Source of the DNA: Deferrisomatales bacterium | Lineage (GTDB): Bacteria > Desulfobacterota > Deferrisomatia > Deferrisomatales > JACRMM01 | Direction of reading: 5' to 3' | Length of the DNA stretch: 64,000 nucleotides | NCBI GenBank assembly: GCA_033551855.1 | Contig: JAWSUI010000001.1 | Span: 1-64,000, forward strand | Part shown: positions 9,391-19,236 of the stretch, one piece after another | How positions within the stretch are numbered: position 1 is the first letter of the stretch | Layout of the letters: every line of letters begins with the position of its first letter | Notes under the pieces: generated by a model | The model's input: only the letters and a program-made list of their open reading frames with translations | The model's database searches: none | Told to the model about the DNA's origin: nothing | Program-made: the position numbers and the translations under genes

Positions 9391-9656
9391 GTGGTACGAA
9401 CAACTCCTTTCGGTGAAGGTGGTCACGCGTTCCCGGTGCGCGGCGGCCCGGTCTGCCTCGGGGGCCAGAAAGGGCTCGGCCCCGCGGGGTTCCGCGGGTG
9501 CGGCCCGGCCTTTCCCGGCGCGGCGCACCGAGGTGCGGCGACGGGGAGCTTCCGGCTTCCATAGGGACAGGGGGCGGTCGGCGCTGGAACCGGAACTATA
9601 CATCGTTTCGGCCGGCGGGGGGAAGCCCTTGAGTGCGGCCTGGCTGCCCCGGCCCG

Positions 9657-10661
9657 TTACCCCTGGGCCAGGACGGCCGCGATCCGGTCCCGGTAGGGCC
9701 GGCTCCCCTCGTCGGCGGCCACCAGCTCGAGGGCCGCCGGGCTTCCGGCCCCGAGACCCAGGGCCGCGGCCCGGGCGATCTGCCGCTGCTCGAAGACCCG
9801 GGTCCCCATGATGGCCGGGTTGCTCCCCAGGGACTTCAGGACCGCCACCCCGGCGGCGTCGGCGGCGACCCGGTCTGCCGAGGCGAGGAAGACGTTGCCC
9901 TTGGCGCGCTTGCCGGTCATGGGCCCGCCGTCCACGAAGACGTCCACCCCGTCGAGGACCACGAGGTCGGGTCGAAAGGGGACGTTGATCTCGGCGATCA
10001 GCTCCTGTTGGTAGGGGGAGCCGTGGAGCTCCCGCATGTACCCGAAACCGTGGCGAGTGGTGGGCACCACCCCTACGTGGAGCTTCAGCGCCATGGTGAA
10101 GACCCCGCCGTACTGGTGGGTCTTGAGGCAGGCGGTGGAGACCAGGCACTCCGCCTCCAGCACCGGCCGCGCGACCCGGAACCCGTCGCGCCAGTGGGTG
10201 TCCGGGGGGCGGACCTCCACCCAGTCCTTCCGCTCCAGCTCGTCGAAATCCACGATCCGGACGTCGAGCTTCGCCATCAGGGCGGGGACGCCCTTGGCCT
10301 CCAGGACCTCCCGGGTGAGGGGGTAGCTCCGCTCCCCGAGGGTCACGGACCGGGCCCCCATCCGCCACAGCTCCTCCACCAGGGCGACGAGGGTGTCATT
10401 GTGGGTCGAGCCGGGGGCCTCGTCCGCGGTGTTGAAGTTGGGCTTGAGGAGGACGTGCTTGCCCTTCGCCGGATTGAGCCCGAGGGCGGCCAGGCACGAG
10501 GACACACCGGCCCGGCGGTCCTCCGCCCGTGCGAGGGACACCCGGCTGGTCTCTACGGCCATGGCCCAACCTCCGGCGGGGCCCAGGAGGATCGCGCCCC
10601 CAGCGGCCCCGGAGCGTGCGAGAAACTCCCTGCGCGTGACTCCCCCTGACGGCCGGCTCAC
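9657..10661 (-). CDS. DUF362 Fe-S family protein with Tat signal
   Basis: TRREFL twin-arginine motif; VLLKPNFN, CLKTH..GVFTMALK, D.VAADA; GTG start overlaps the upstream stop. Confidence 0.85.
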   Translation of the reverse strand: MSRPSGGVTRREFLARSGAAGGAILLGPAGGWAMAVETSRVSLARAEDRRAGVSSCLAALGLNPAKGKHVLLKPNFNTADEAPGSTHNDTLVALVEELWRMGARSVTLGERSYPLTREVLEAKGVPALMAKLDVRIVDFDELERKDWVEVRPPDTHWRDGFRVARPVLEAECLVSTACLKTHQYGGVFTMALKLHVGVVPTTRHGFGYMRELHGSPYQQELIAEINVPFRPDLVVLDGVDVFVDGGPMTGKRAKGNVFLASADRVAADAAGVAVLKSLGSNPAIMGTRVFEQRQIARAAALGLGAGSPAALELVAADEGSRPYRDRIAAVLAQG

Positions 10662-10780
10662 TTTTTCTTTCCCTCGCCCTTCTTCCGGAACTCCACCGGC
10701 TTGTCGCAGGTGGGGCACTTCTTTGGCTTGCACCGGCCTTCCCTCTCGAAGCCGCATCCGGGGCACGTCCACGTGGCCAT
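10658..10780 (-). CDS. RCKP-type rubredoxin-like peptide (40 aa)
   Basis: Below the ORF-track cutoff: MATWTCPGCGFEREGRCKPKKCPTCDKPVEFRKKGEGKKK; two CxxC motifs plus RCKP; GGAGG SD. Confidence 0.85.
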   Translation of the reverse strand: MATWTCPGCGFEREGRCKPKKCPTCDKPVEFRKKGEGKKK

Positions 10781-10781
10781 G

Positions 10782-11312
10782 CTACGCCTCCCTCCGTTCG
10801 TGTGGCTCCTCCACCAGGTAGATCTCCCGAAGGTTCCGGTACTGCTCGTCGAGGTCCAGCCCGTACCCGACGAGGAAGCCGCCCTCCAGGCTGAGCCCCC
10901 GGTAGCGCACCGGCACCTCCACCTCGCGCCGGCCGGTCTTGTCCACCAGCGCGCACACCCTCACGCTCGCGGCGTCGGCCCCCTCGAGGTCCCGTAGGAG
11001 CCGGGAGAGGGTCCGCCCGGAATCCACGATCTCCTCCACCACGATCACGTGGCGTCCCGCCACCGAGTCGGCCAGGCCCATGAGCTCCCGCACGGCCCCC
11101 GAGGATGAGGTGCCGGGCCCGTAGGAGGAGAGGCGCACGAAGTCCACCGAGCAGGGCACCCGCAGGTGCCGCACCAGGTCGGCCAGGAAAATGAAGGACC
11201 CCTTGAGCACACCGATCAGGTGCACGTGCTGGCCGGCGAAGTCGAGGTTGATGGCCTCCGCCAGCCGCGCCACGGCATCGCGGATCTGCGCCTCCGAGTA
11301 GACGACCTTCAC
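10782..11312 (-). CDS. hpt: Hypoxanthine phosphoribosyltransferase
   Basis: IGVLKGSFIFLADL, LSSYG, VIVVEEIVDSGRTL, FLVGYGLD..E.YRNL; GGAGG before GTG. Confidence 0.92.
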   Translation of the reverse strand: MKVVYSEAQIRDAVARLAEAINLDFAGQHVHLIGVLKGSFIFLADLVRHLRVPCSVDFVRLSSYGPGTSSSGAVRELMGLADSVAGRHVIVVEEIVDSGRTLSRLLRDLEGADAASVRVCALVDKTGRREVEVPVRYRGLSLEGGFLVGYGLDLDEQYRNLREIYLVEEPHERREA

Positions 11313-11458
11313 GGTCTCCTCCCGGGTTGACAGCTCCCCTCGGGCAGCTAGTCTTGCTTCTCGGACTTGTAGCACACGTTCCGGGAGGACGCCAGGAAAC
11401 GGACTTTCCCGCGCCCTCCCCCTTGCGGTGACCGGGGGGCGGGGAGGGCACCTCGGCG

Positions 11459-11899
11459 ATGGCGGACCGCATCCTGGTGCCGGTGGACTTCTCTCCCATG
11501 TCGAAGAGGGCCCTGCGGGCCGCGTTGTCCATGGCCAAGCGCAGCCCGGTGGAGATCCACCTGCTCCACGTGATCCCGGAGTACGAGGTGTCGAGCGCCT
11601 TCCACATCGCCCTGCCGGAGCGCGCGGAGATCGAGACCCAGGCCGGGCGCTGGTCCGAGAAGGCCTTCGAGACCTACTTGCGGGGCGAGGACCTGGGGGG
11701 CACCGCCCCGGTGCAGGTGGTCCGATACGGAAACCCGGCCCGGGTGATCTGCGACTACGCCGACGAGATCGGGGCGGAGGTGATCCTGATCGCCAGCCAT
11801 GGGCGGTCGGGCTTCGAGCGCGCGGTCTTCGGCAGCGTGGCGGAGAAGGTGCTGCGCACCTGCCGCCAGCCCGTGATGGTGGTCAAGGGAGAAGTGTGA
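11459..11899 (+). CDS. Universal stress protein (UspA family)
   Basis: ILVPVDFS...IASHGRSGFERAVFGSVAEKVLR. Confidence 0.9.
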   Translation: MADRILVPVDFSPMSKRALRAALSMAKRSPVEIHLLHVIPEYEVSSAFHIALPERAEIETQAGRWSEKAFETYLRGEDLGGTAPVQVVRYGNPARVICDYADEIGAEVILIASHGRSGFERAVFGSVAEKVLRTCRQPVMVVKGEV

Positions 11900-11918
11900 G
11901 CCGAGAAAGGGGAGTCCG

Positions 11919-12386
11919 ATGGAGGTGACGATCCGAAACATTCTCGTTCCGGTGGACCTTGGGGCGGCCAGCGACCGGGTCGTCGCCTACGCGGCCGCCA
12001 TGGCCCGGTCCTTTGGCGCCCGCGTCACCGCCCTCGTGGTGGTCGATCAGGCGGAGGGGCTCAAAGGGCTGAACCTGCCCCTGGTGAGCTACGACGACCT
12101 CTTGCCCCAGCTCGAAGAGCGGGCGCGCAAGAGCCTCGAGGCGTTCGGGCGCAATCACTTGGCGTCGGTGAAGGACCTGGAGCTGCGGGTGGCCCGCGGG
12201 CAGCCCTGGGAGCGAATCCTGGAGGCGGTACGAGAGACGTCGGCGGATCTCGTCGTCATGGGGACCCACGGCCGCCGGGGGCTGGACCGGGCTATCTTCG
12301 GCAGCACCGCGGAACGGGTGCTGCGCCGGGCCCCGGTGCCGGTGGTGGCCGTGCCCCTCTCGGAGTCGGGTGCGCCGGAGGGGTGA
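11919..12386 (+). CDS. Universal stress protein (UspA family)
   Basis: ILVPVDL...VMGTHGRRGLDRAIFGSTAERVLR. Confidence 0.9.
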   Translation: MEVTIRNILVPVDLGAASDRVVAYAAAMARSFGARVTALVVVDQAEGLKGLNLPLVSYDDLLPQLEERARKSLEAFGRNHLASVKDLELRVARGQPWERILEAVRETSADLVVMGTHGRRGLDRAIFGSTAERVLRRAPVPVVAVPLSESGAPEG

Positions 12387-12393
12387 CGAACCC

Positions 12394-13272
12394 TCAGCCC
12401 AGCCGGGCGAGGGCCTTCAGCCGCTCCCAGTCGTGGTCGACCTGCTCCTGGATGAGGTCGAGGTCCTCCCGGCCGAGGTGTTTGAACCGCCCCTGCCCCT
12501 GGTAGTACTCGTCCACCAGGTACCCCACCGGCTCCAGATTGATGGTGTACACCTCGCCCCCCTCGACCTCGTACAGGGGAAAGATCCGCGTCTGGACGGC
12601 CAGGCGCGCCAGCCGGACGCTGACCTCGCTGGGAACCTTCCAGCCGGTGGGGCACGTGGCGTACACGTGCAGGAACCGGGTGCCCCGGATCCGGCAGGCC
12701 TTCTGGACCTTCCGCACGAGATCCTCGGGGTAGGCGATGGAGGCGGTGGCGGCGTAAGGGATCCGGTGCGCCGCCATGATCTGCATGATGTCCTTCTTCC
12801 GGGTGCGTTTGGGGCTGCCGGTAGGGGTCGTGGTGGTCCAGGCCCCGGCGGGGGTCGCGCCGGACCCCTGCACCCCGGTGTTCATGTACGCCTCGTTGTC
12901 GTAGCAGACGTAGAGGATGTCCTCGTTGCGCTCCGCGGCCCCGGAGAGTGCCTGGAGCCCGATGTCGAAGGTGCCCCCGTCGCCGGCCCAGGTCACCACC
13001 TGGGTGTCGGTGTCGCCCTGGACGTCCAGGCCCGCCCGGATGCCGCTGGCCACGGCGGCCCCGGTCTCGAAGGCCGTGTGGAGGATCGGGACCTTCAGGG
13101 CGGAGAAGGGGAACGGCCCCGCGATGATCGACCAACAGCACGCCGGGATCGTCAGGATGGCCCGCTCTCCGAGCCCCTTGAGCAGGAACCGCATGGCGAT
13201 GGCCGCCCCGCACCCGGGGCACGCTAGGTGGCCGGAAACCATTCGCTCGCTGACCGGCAGGTCGATGGGCAC
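12394..13272 (-). CDS. porB: 2-oxoacid:ferredoxin oxidoreductase beta (TPP) subunit
   Basis: GHLACPGCG, AGDGGTFDIGLQALSGA.ER, YDNEAYMNTG.Q, CPTGW; substrate not assignable. Confidence 0.88.
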   Translation of the reverse strand: MPIDLPVSERMVSGHLACPGCGAAIAMRFLLKGLGERAILTIPACCWSIIAGPFPFSALKVPILHTAFETGAAVASGIRAGLDVQGDTDTQVVTWAGDGGTFDIGLQALSGAAERNEDILYVCYDNEAYMNTGVQGSGATPAGAWTTTTPTGSPKRTRKKDIMQIMAAHRIPYAATASIAYPEDLVRKVQKACRIRGTRFLHVYATCPTGWKVPSEVSVRLARLAVQTRIFPLYEVEGGEVYTINLEPVGYLVDEYYQGQGRFKHLGREDLDLIQEQVDHDWERLKALARLG

Positions 13273-13289
13273 GGCGGCCGCCTCCTCTG

Positions 13290-14459
13290 CTACTCCCTCA
13301 CGTCCACCCAGAGGATGTCCCCCGGGGGTCCCCCGCCGCCCGCGCGCTCTACGACGGCCGCGATCGTCGCGGGGGTGATGTCCCGGCCCCCGAGCCCCGC
13401 AACGAACGGGTACACCGCCGGGGCGCGGCCCCCCTTGCCCCCGGCGGCCAGGGCCGATCGGATCTCCTGGGCAAAGATCCCCCCGTACCCGAAGGAGAGG
13501 TTGCGGTCGAGGATCGCCACCCTCTCGTAGGGGACCAGGGCCCGGCGCACCTCGTCCTGGGGGAAGGGACGGAACAGGCGCAGCTTCACGAGGTCGAAGG
13601 AGACCCCCCTTTCCCGCAGCTCCTGCTGGGCGACCCGGGCCGTGCCCGTCACCGAGCCCGTCGTGACCAGCGCCAGGGGGGCCCGCTCGCCCTCCCGGGC
13701 GGGCAGGACCTCGAGCATGGGGTAGGACCGCCCGAAGAGCGCGCGGTACTCGTCGTCCACGACCGGGTACAGGCGCAGGGCCTCCTCCATGGCCTGCTGC
13801 ATCTTGTACCGGAACTCCATGTAGTAGTCGGGGCCCGCCAGTTGGTTGAAGGCCTTGGGGTTCGCCGGGTCCAGGACTTCGGGGGGGTTCCACGGGGGCA
13901 GGAAGGTGTCCACGGCGTCCTGGCTCGGCACATCCACCGGCTCGTAGGTGTGGGAGAGGAAGAAGGCGTCGAGGACGACCATCATCGGCAGGCTCACGCT
14001 CTCCGCAAGCCGGTAGGCGATGAGGATGGAGTCCAGGACCTCCTGCACGTCTTCGCAGTAGACCTGCATCCAGCCGGTGTCCCGCTGGGAGAGGCTGTCC
14101 GTCTGGTCGGCCCAGATGTTCCACCCCGGACCCAGGGCGCGGTTGACCTCGGCCATGACGATCGGGAGGCGGGCCCCGGCGGCCCAGTGCAGCATCTCGT
14201 GCATCAGGGCCAGGCCGTGGCTGGAGCTGGCCGTGAAGGTGCGCGCCCCCGCGGAGGCCGCCCCGATCACCGCCGCCATGGCGGAGTGCTCGCTCTCGAC
14301 CCGCACGTACCGGGCGTCGAGCACCCCGTCGGCGACGAGCTCCGCCAGGAGCTCTACGATGTGGGTCTGGGGGGTGATGGGGTAGGCGCTGATGACCTGG
14401 ACCCGGGCCAGGTCCACCGCGTGGCTCACGGCGTGGCTGCCCTCGAGGACGCGCCTCAT
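13290..14459 (-). CDS. porA: 2-oxoacid:ferredoxin oxidoreductase alpha subunit
   Basis: AYPITPQT, VESEHSAM, TASSSHGLALMHE, RLFRPFP, GLGGRD. Confidence 0.9.
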   Translation of the reverse strand: MRRVLEGSHAVSHAVDLARVQVISAYPITPQTHIVELLAELVADGVLDARYVRVESEHSAMAAVIGAASAGARTFTASSSHGLALMHEMLHWAAGARLPIVMAEVNRALGPGWNIWADQTDSLSQRDTGWMQVYCEDVQEVLDSILIAYRLAESVSLPMMVVLDAFFLSHTYEPVDVPSQDAVDTFLPPWNPPEVLDPANPKAFNQLAGPDYYMEFRYKMQQAMEEALRLYPVVDDEYRALFGRSYPMLEVLPAREGERAPLALVTTGSVTGTARVAQQELRERGVSFDLVKLRLFRPFPQDEVRRALVPYERVAILDRNLSFGYGGIFAQEIRSALAAGGKGGRAPAVYPFVAGLGGRDITPATIAAVVERAGGGGPPGDILWVDVRE

Positions 14460-16219
14460 CGGGGCTCCTCCTCGAGGACCATGGCGTTGCGGGGGCACTC
14501 CACCACGCAGACGCCGCACCCCTTGCAGTAGCCGTAATCGATCTCCCGACTCCCGGCTCGCAGGTCGCGGAGCACCGAGACGTCGGGGCAGAAGAGGTAG
14601 CAGTTGTCGCAGTGGTCGCACAGCCCGCAGTGGAAGCAGCGCTCGGCCTCCTTCAGGGCCATGGAGGCCGCGATGCGCATCCGGACCTGGTCGAACCCCG
14701 TGCGCCGCTCCTCGAGGGTGATGCGGGGCCGCTCCCGCCGCTCCAGGTACTGGAAGTACGTGGTGTTGAGCTCTTCGTACCGGACCACGTGGTCCTGTCG
14801 CAGGGTGCGGTCGCCGCCCGAGAAGCGGTTCAGGGAGACCGCCCCCTTCCTTCCCACTCGGATCGCCGGCCAGGCCTCGGCCGAGTCGCGGCCCCGGAGC
14901 AGGGAATCGATCGCGATCGCCGCTTCCTTGCCCGAGGCGATGGCCGTCACCACGGCCTTCCGGTCGTTGACCAGGTCGCCCCCCACAAAGACCGGGGGCC
15001 GGGAGGCCCACTCGCCCCGGGGCATGACCTTCCGCAGGTGGACCCCCACCGGCGACCACCCGCCCAGGTCGGATGCCCCGGCGGGCAGGCCGGGGGACGG
15101 GCGGGCGCCGATGGCCGCATAGACCGCCTCCACGTCGGCCAGGACGTCCGGGTGGCCCGAGGGCACCACCCGGGGGCGGCCGCCCTCTTCCCCCTCGAGG
15201 ACCGCCATCGTGGACAGGGCGAGGCGCAGCCCTCCCCCCTTCCTGGCCGCGATGCCCCTCGGGGCCAGGAGCGTGCGGATCGGGATTCCCTCCTCCCGAA
15301 GCTCCTCCTTCTCGTCCGGGAGGGCCGGCATGTCCTCGAGCCGGCGCCGGTAGTACACCGTGGGCTCCGCCCCGAGGCGCAGGAGGGTCCTGGCCACGTC
15401 CAGAGCGGTGTTGCCCCCCCCCACGACCGCCACGGGCCCCCGCACCGCGGGCGTGTTCCCCCGCCGCACGGCCTCGAGCAGCGCCAGCCCGTCCCGGGCC
15501 AGGTCCTCCCCTTCCACCCCCAGGGGCGCCGGAGTCCAGTGGCCCAGGGCGAGGAACACGGCGTCGTGCCCGGCCAGGTCGTCCCAGGCCAGGTCCTCCC
15601 CCAGGGTGCGGCCGGGGTGGAAGCGGACCCCGTCGGCAAGCACCATCGCAGTCTCCCACCCCAGGACGTCCGTGGGCAGCCGGTACTCGGGGATGGCGTA
15701 GCGCAGCAGCCCCCCGGGCTCCTCCCGGGCATCGAACAGCTCCACCTCGTGCCCCCAGCGCCGCAGGAACCAGGCGGCCGTCAGCCCGGCCGGACCCGCC
15801 CCCACCACCGCCACCCGCCTGCCGGTGGACGGCGCCTCCAGGGGCGGCGGGGCGGCGCCCCTGCGCCGGGCGTGATCGGCCAGGAACCTCTCCAGGGAGC
15901 TCACGGAGACCGGTGCGTCGTACTCGCCCCGGTTGCAGGAGCCCTCGCAGGGGTGGTAGCAGACCCGGCCGCATACGCCGGGAAAGGGGTTCTCCTCGCG
16001 GATCCGGACCCAGGCCTCCTCGAAGGCGCCCTGGCCCGCCAGGAGCTGGACCCGGGCCACGTCCTCACCGGCGGGGCAGGCCTCGGAACAGGGCGCCGTC
16101 TTGTCCTGGTACCGGGGCCGCAGGAACCGCCAGGACCCGGTCCGGTTCCACAACATGGTGTCGGCGGACCGGGAGCACAGGGGGAGCTCCGAGGCACCGC
16201 GAAGGGAGACGGGGCTCAT
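14456..16219 (-). CDS. PorD-like ferredoxin subunit with an inserted GltD-like FAD/NAD(P)H domain
   Basis: N-terminal NRTGSWRFLRP; CSEACPAG, ENPFPGVCGRVCYHPCE, GAGPAGL, GGGNTALD; C-terminal CDHCDNCYLFCPD..IDYGYCKGCGVCVVECP. Confidence 0.82.
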   Translation of the reverse strand: MSPVSLRGASELPLCSRSADTMLWNRTGSWRFLRPRYQDKTAPCSEACPAGEDVARVQLLAGQGAFEEAWVRIREENPFPGVCGRVCYHPCEGSCNRGEYDAPVSVSSLERFLADHARRRGAAPPPLEAPSTGRRVAVVGAGPAGLTAAWFLRRWGHEVELFDAREEPGGLLRYAIPEYRLPTDVLGWETAMVLADGVRFHPGRTLGEDLAWDDLAGHDAVFLALGHWTPAPLGVEGEDLARDGLALLEAVRRGNTPAVRGPVAVVGGGNTALDVARTLLRLGAEPTVYYRRRLEDMPALPDEKEELREEGIPIRTLLAPRGIAARKGGGLRLALSTMAVLEGEEGGRPRVVPSGHPDVLADVEAVYAAIGARPSPGLPAGASDLGGWSPVGVHLRKVMPRGEWASRPPVFVGGDLVNDRKAVVTAIASGKEAAIAIDSLLRGRDSAEAWPAIRVGRKGAVSLNRFSGGDRTLRQDHVVRYEELNTTYFQYLERRERPRITLEERRTGFDQVRMRIAASMALKEAERCFHCGLCDHCDNCYLFCPDVSVLRDLRAGSREIDYGYCKGCGVCVVECPRNAMVLEEEPR

Positions 16220-16791
16220 GGGCCCACCCTCTCGGCCGCCGACTCGAGGATGAGGCTCTCGTAGGCCTCGACGGCCGCCTCCACGTTGGCGCCGTGGTGG
16301 GAGGGGACCTCCTCCCGGATCGCCTGGCACACGGCCTCGAGGGAGACGAGGCCGGTGGCCCGGGCGAAGGCCCCCAGGATCGCCGTGTTCACGATCGGGT
16401 GGGTCCGCGAGCCCAGCCCGTGGCGCAGGGCGATGGGGCTCGCGTCCACGGTGGCTACCCGGAAGGCCGCGAAGTCGGGAAAGTCGCGGGGGCTGTGGTC
16501 CGTGTTGAGGAGGAGGACGCCGCCGGGCTTCAGACCCCGGCTCACGCTGACCGCCTCGATGAGGGTCGGGTCCAGGACCACCACGTGGTCCGGCGTGTAC
16601 ACGTTGGTGCGCAGGTGGATCTTGCGGCCGTCGACCCGGAGGTACGCCTCCACCGGCGCCCCGCGCCGCTCCACGCCGAAGGCGGGAAAGGCCTGGACGT
16701 GCTTCCCCTCCAGGAAGCAGGCCACCGCCAGGATGTTGGACGCCACCACCGCGCCCTGGCCGCCCCGCCCGTGAAAGCGGATCTCGATCAC
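16216..16791 (-). CDS. 2-oxoacid:ferredoxin oxidoreductase gamma subunit
   Basis: [36 protein letters not shown]. Confidence 0.9.
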
Positions 16792-16795
16792 CCCC

Positions 16796-17398
16796 TCACC
16801 CCTTCTCCCCCGTGAACACCACCACCAGGGCCTGGGCGGGCTCGGCCCCCAGCCCCCGGAAGGCGTGAGCGACCTCCGACTCGAAGTACAGGCAGTCGCC
16901 GGGCTTGAGGGTGCGCAGCTCGTCGGGGGTCCGGAACTCGATCTCACCCCCCAGCACGTACACGCACTCCTCGCCCTCGTGGGAGTAGAAGACCATGTCC
17001 TTCTTGTCCATCGCTTCGAAGGTGACGAGGAGGGGCTGCATGTGCTTGCGGCTCTTGTGCAGCTCGAGGGACTCGTAGAGGTATCCCACCTCGCTCGCGT
17101 CCTGGTGGGCCCGGCGGGTCAGTCGCCTTCGTTCCGAGGCACGGGTGACCGCGATCTTCTCCTCCTTCTCCTCTTCCTGGAAGAAGTGGGAGATGTTCAC
17201 GTCGAGGGCCCGGGAGATGCGCAGCAGGGTGGCGACGGGGGGCATGACGTGCCCGTTCTCCACCTGGGAGAGCAGGGGCTTCGACAGACCCGTCTTGGCG
17301 GAAAGGTCCTGCAGGGTGTAGCGGCGCCTCTGGCGCAGCTCACGGATCTTCGCGCCGATCCCCAGGTCTTCGACGGCGGGGTCGATCTTCTTCGTCAT
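16796..17398 (-). CDS. XRE HTH + cupin transcriptional regulator
   Basis: IRELRQRRRYTLQDLSAKTGLSKPLLSQVENG..PPVATL; SHEGEECVYVL.G cupin. Confidence 0.9.
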   Translation of the reverse strand: MTKKIDPAVEDLGIGAKIRELRQRRRYTLQDLSAKTGLSKPLLSQVENGHVMPPVATLLRISRALDVNISHFFQEEEKEEKIAVTRASERRRLTRRAHQDASEVGYLYESLELHKSRKHMQPLLVTFEAMDKKDMVFYSHEGEECVYVLGGEIEFRTPDELRTLKPGDCLYFESEVAHAFRGLGAEPAQALVVVFTGEKG

Positions 17399-17441
17399 GG
17401 TCGCGCTTCGCTCCTCTCCCCGGGAGAGTACCCCACGGCGT

Positions 17442-17478
17442 GTTTGATTTCCAGAAATACCGTTTCATGAAAAGAAAT
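17442..17478. promoter_or_regulatory. Two tandem 17-bp dyads, candidate XRE-cupin operator
   Basis: GTTTGATTTCCAGAAAT (17442) and GTTTCATGAAAAGAAAT (17462), 20 bp apart, downstream of a minus-strand TTGACG-N16-CAAGAT. Confidence 0.5.
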
Positions 17479-17751
17479 AGCCTTCCCCCCATCTTGCCCC
17501 TGGGGCGGATTTCGTCAAGCTCCCTCCATCCGCCATCCGCCGCCGGTCGAACCGCCGCGGACATCGCGGCGAAACACAAGGCCTCCCCGATCCCTCTCTC
17601 CTCCGAGGGCGGGGATCCAGACGGCTGCCCCGTTCTTTTGGACCCGCCGCAATCGTGGTATCTTTCCCCCCGCTCCGCGTGGTTCGGACATTCGGCCGAG
17701 GGCCCTCGCGCGGCGAGGTGACCACCGCTGACAGCTTCGGGAGGGCAGCCC

Positions 17752-19218
17752 ATGGATCTCACCAAAGAGGACACCTACTTCCGGCTCTGGAACGACTCCG
17801 AGGCCATCACCGTCCGGATGCTCTCCGTGCTCAACCGCCTTCGGGTGGACCGGGGCGTGCTCGTGCACGTGTATGGGCGCTCGATCGCCAAGGTGAGCTC
17901 GGTCGAGATCCTCAAGGTGCACCGCCACGCGCGCCTGATCCTGGGGCAGGACCTCACGGTGCAGGACACCTTCCCGGTGCTGGAAGCCATCGGCCGGCTG
18001 GACCTCGGCCCCTGCCGCATCGACTTGGGGAAGCTCACGGTCAAGTACCAGGCGTGCGGCGGCGCCTGCGGCTCACTGGACGCGTTCGTGGCCCAGGAAC
18101 TGGCGTCGGTGAGCACCGGGCTCAAGCCGGTCCTGGGAAGGCCCCAGGACGTGGTGCTCTACGGCTTCGGGCGGATCGGTCGGCTCCTGGCGCGCATCCT
18201 GGTGGACAAGACCGGCCGGGGGGACAAGATCCGGGTGCGCGCCACCGTGGTGCGCAAGGTGATGGAGGGCGACCTGAAGAAGCGCGCGGCGCTGTTCCGC
18301 ATGGACTCGGTCCACGGGCCCTTTGCCGGAACGACCCAGATCGACGAGGACGAGAACGGGATCGTGGCCAACGGCAACATGATCCGGGTGCTCTACTCGG
18401 AGGGCCCGGACCAGATCGACTACACCGCCTTCGGCATCGAGGACGCCATCGTCATCGACAACACCGGCAAGTGGCGGGACCGCAAGGGGCTCGGCCGGCA
18501 CCTGCAGACCCGGGGGACGAAGAGCGTGCTGCTCACCGCCCCGGGCAAGGGGGACATCCCCAACATCGTGTACGGCATCAACCACGAGGGCCTGGACCCG
18601 GGGGAGCGGATCGTCTCGGCCGCCTCCTGCACCACCAACGCCATCGCGCCGGTGATCAAGGTCGTCCAGGACCGCTTCGGCATCGTCTCGGGCCACGTGG
18701 AGACCGTGCACGCCTACACCAACGACCAGAACCTCATCGACAACTTCCACAAGAAGGCGCGCCGGGGCCGGTCGGCCCCCCTGAACATGGTCATCACCGA
18801 GACCGGCGCCGCGAGCGCCGTGACGAAGGTGCTGCCGGAGATGGCCGGGAAGCTCACCGGCAACGCCATCCGCGTCCCCACCCCCGACGTCTCCCTGGCC
18901 ATTCTGCAGCTGCGGCTCGACCGCCCGACCTCCAAGGAGGCGCTCAACGACTACCTGATGGGGATCTCGGTGAACAGCCCCCTGCAGAACCAGATCGACT
19001 TCACCACCTCCCCGGACATCGTCAGCTCCGACATCATCGGCTCGCGCCACGCCGGCGTGGTGGACGGGGAAGCCACCCTCGTCAACGGTACCGACGGGCG
19101 CAACGTGGTGCTCTACGTCTGGTACGACAACGAGTTCGGGTACGCGTGCCAGGTGATGCGGCTGCTCCAGCGGATGGCCGGCATCCACCTGCCGGAGCTG
19201 CCCCCGGACGAGGGGTGA
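17752..19218 (+). CDS. gap: Glyceraldehyde-3-phosphate dehydrogenase (long form)
   Basis: YGFGRIGR, SAASCTTN active site, WYDNEFGY; N-terminal extension of about 130 aa. Confidence 0.93.
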   Translation: MDLTKEDTYFRLWNDSEAITVRMLSVLNRLRVDRGVLVHVYGRSIAKVSSVEILKVHRHARLILGQDLTVQDTFPVLEAIGRLDLGPCRIDLGKLTVKYQACGGACGSLDAFVAQELASVSTGLKPVLGRPQDVVLYGFGRIGRLLARILVDKTGRGDKIRVRATVVRKVMEGDLKKRAALFRMDSVHGPFAGTTQIDEDENGIVANGNMIRVLYSEGPDQIDYTAFGIEDAIVIDNTGKWRDRKGLGRHLQTRGTKSVLLTAPGKGDIPNIVYGINHEGLDPGERIVSAASCTTNAIAPVIKVVQDRFGIVSGHVETVHAYTNDQNLIDNFHKKARRGRSAPLNMVITETGAASAVTKVLPEMAGKLTGNAIRVPTPDVSLAILQLRLDRPTSKEALNDYLMGISVNSPLQNQIDFTTSPDIVSSDIIGSRHAGVVDGEATLVNGTDGRNVVLYVWYDNEFGYACQVMRLLQRMAGIHLPELPPDEG

Positions 19219-19236
19219 GGCCGCGCCGGGGGAACG

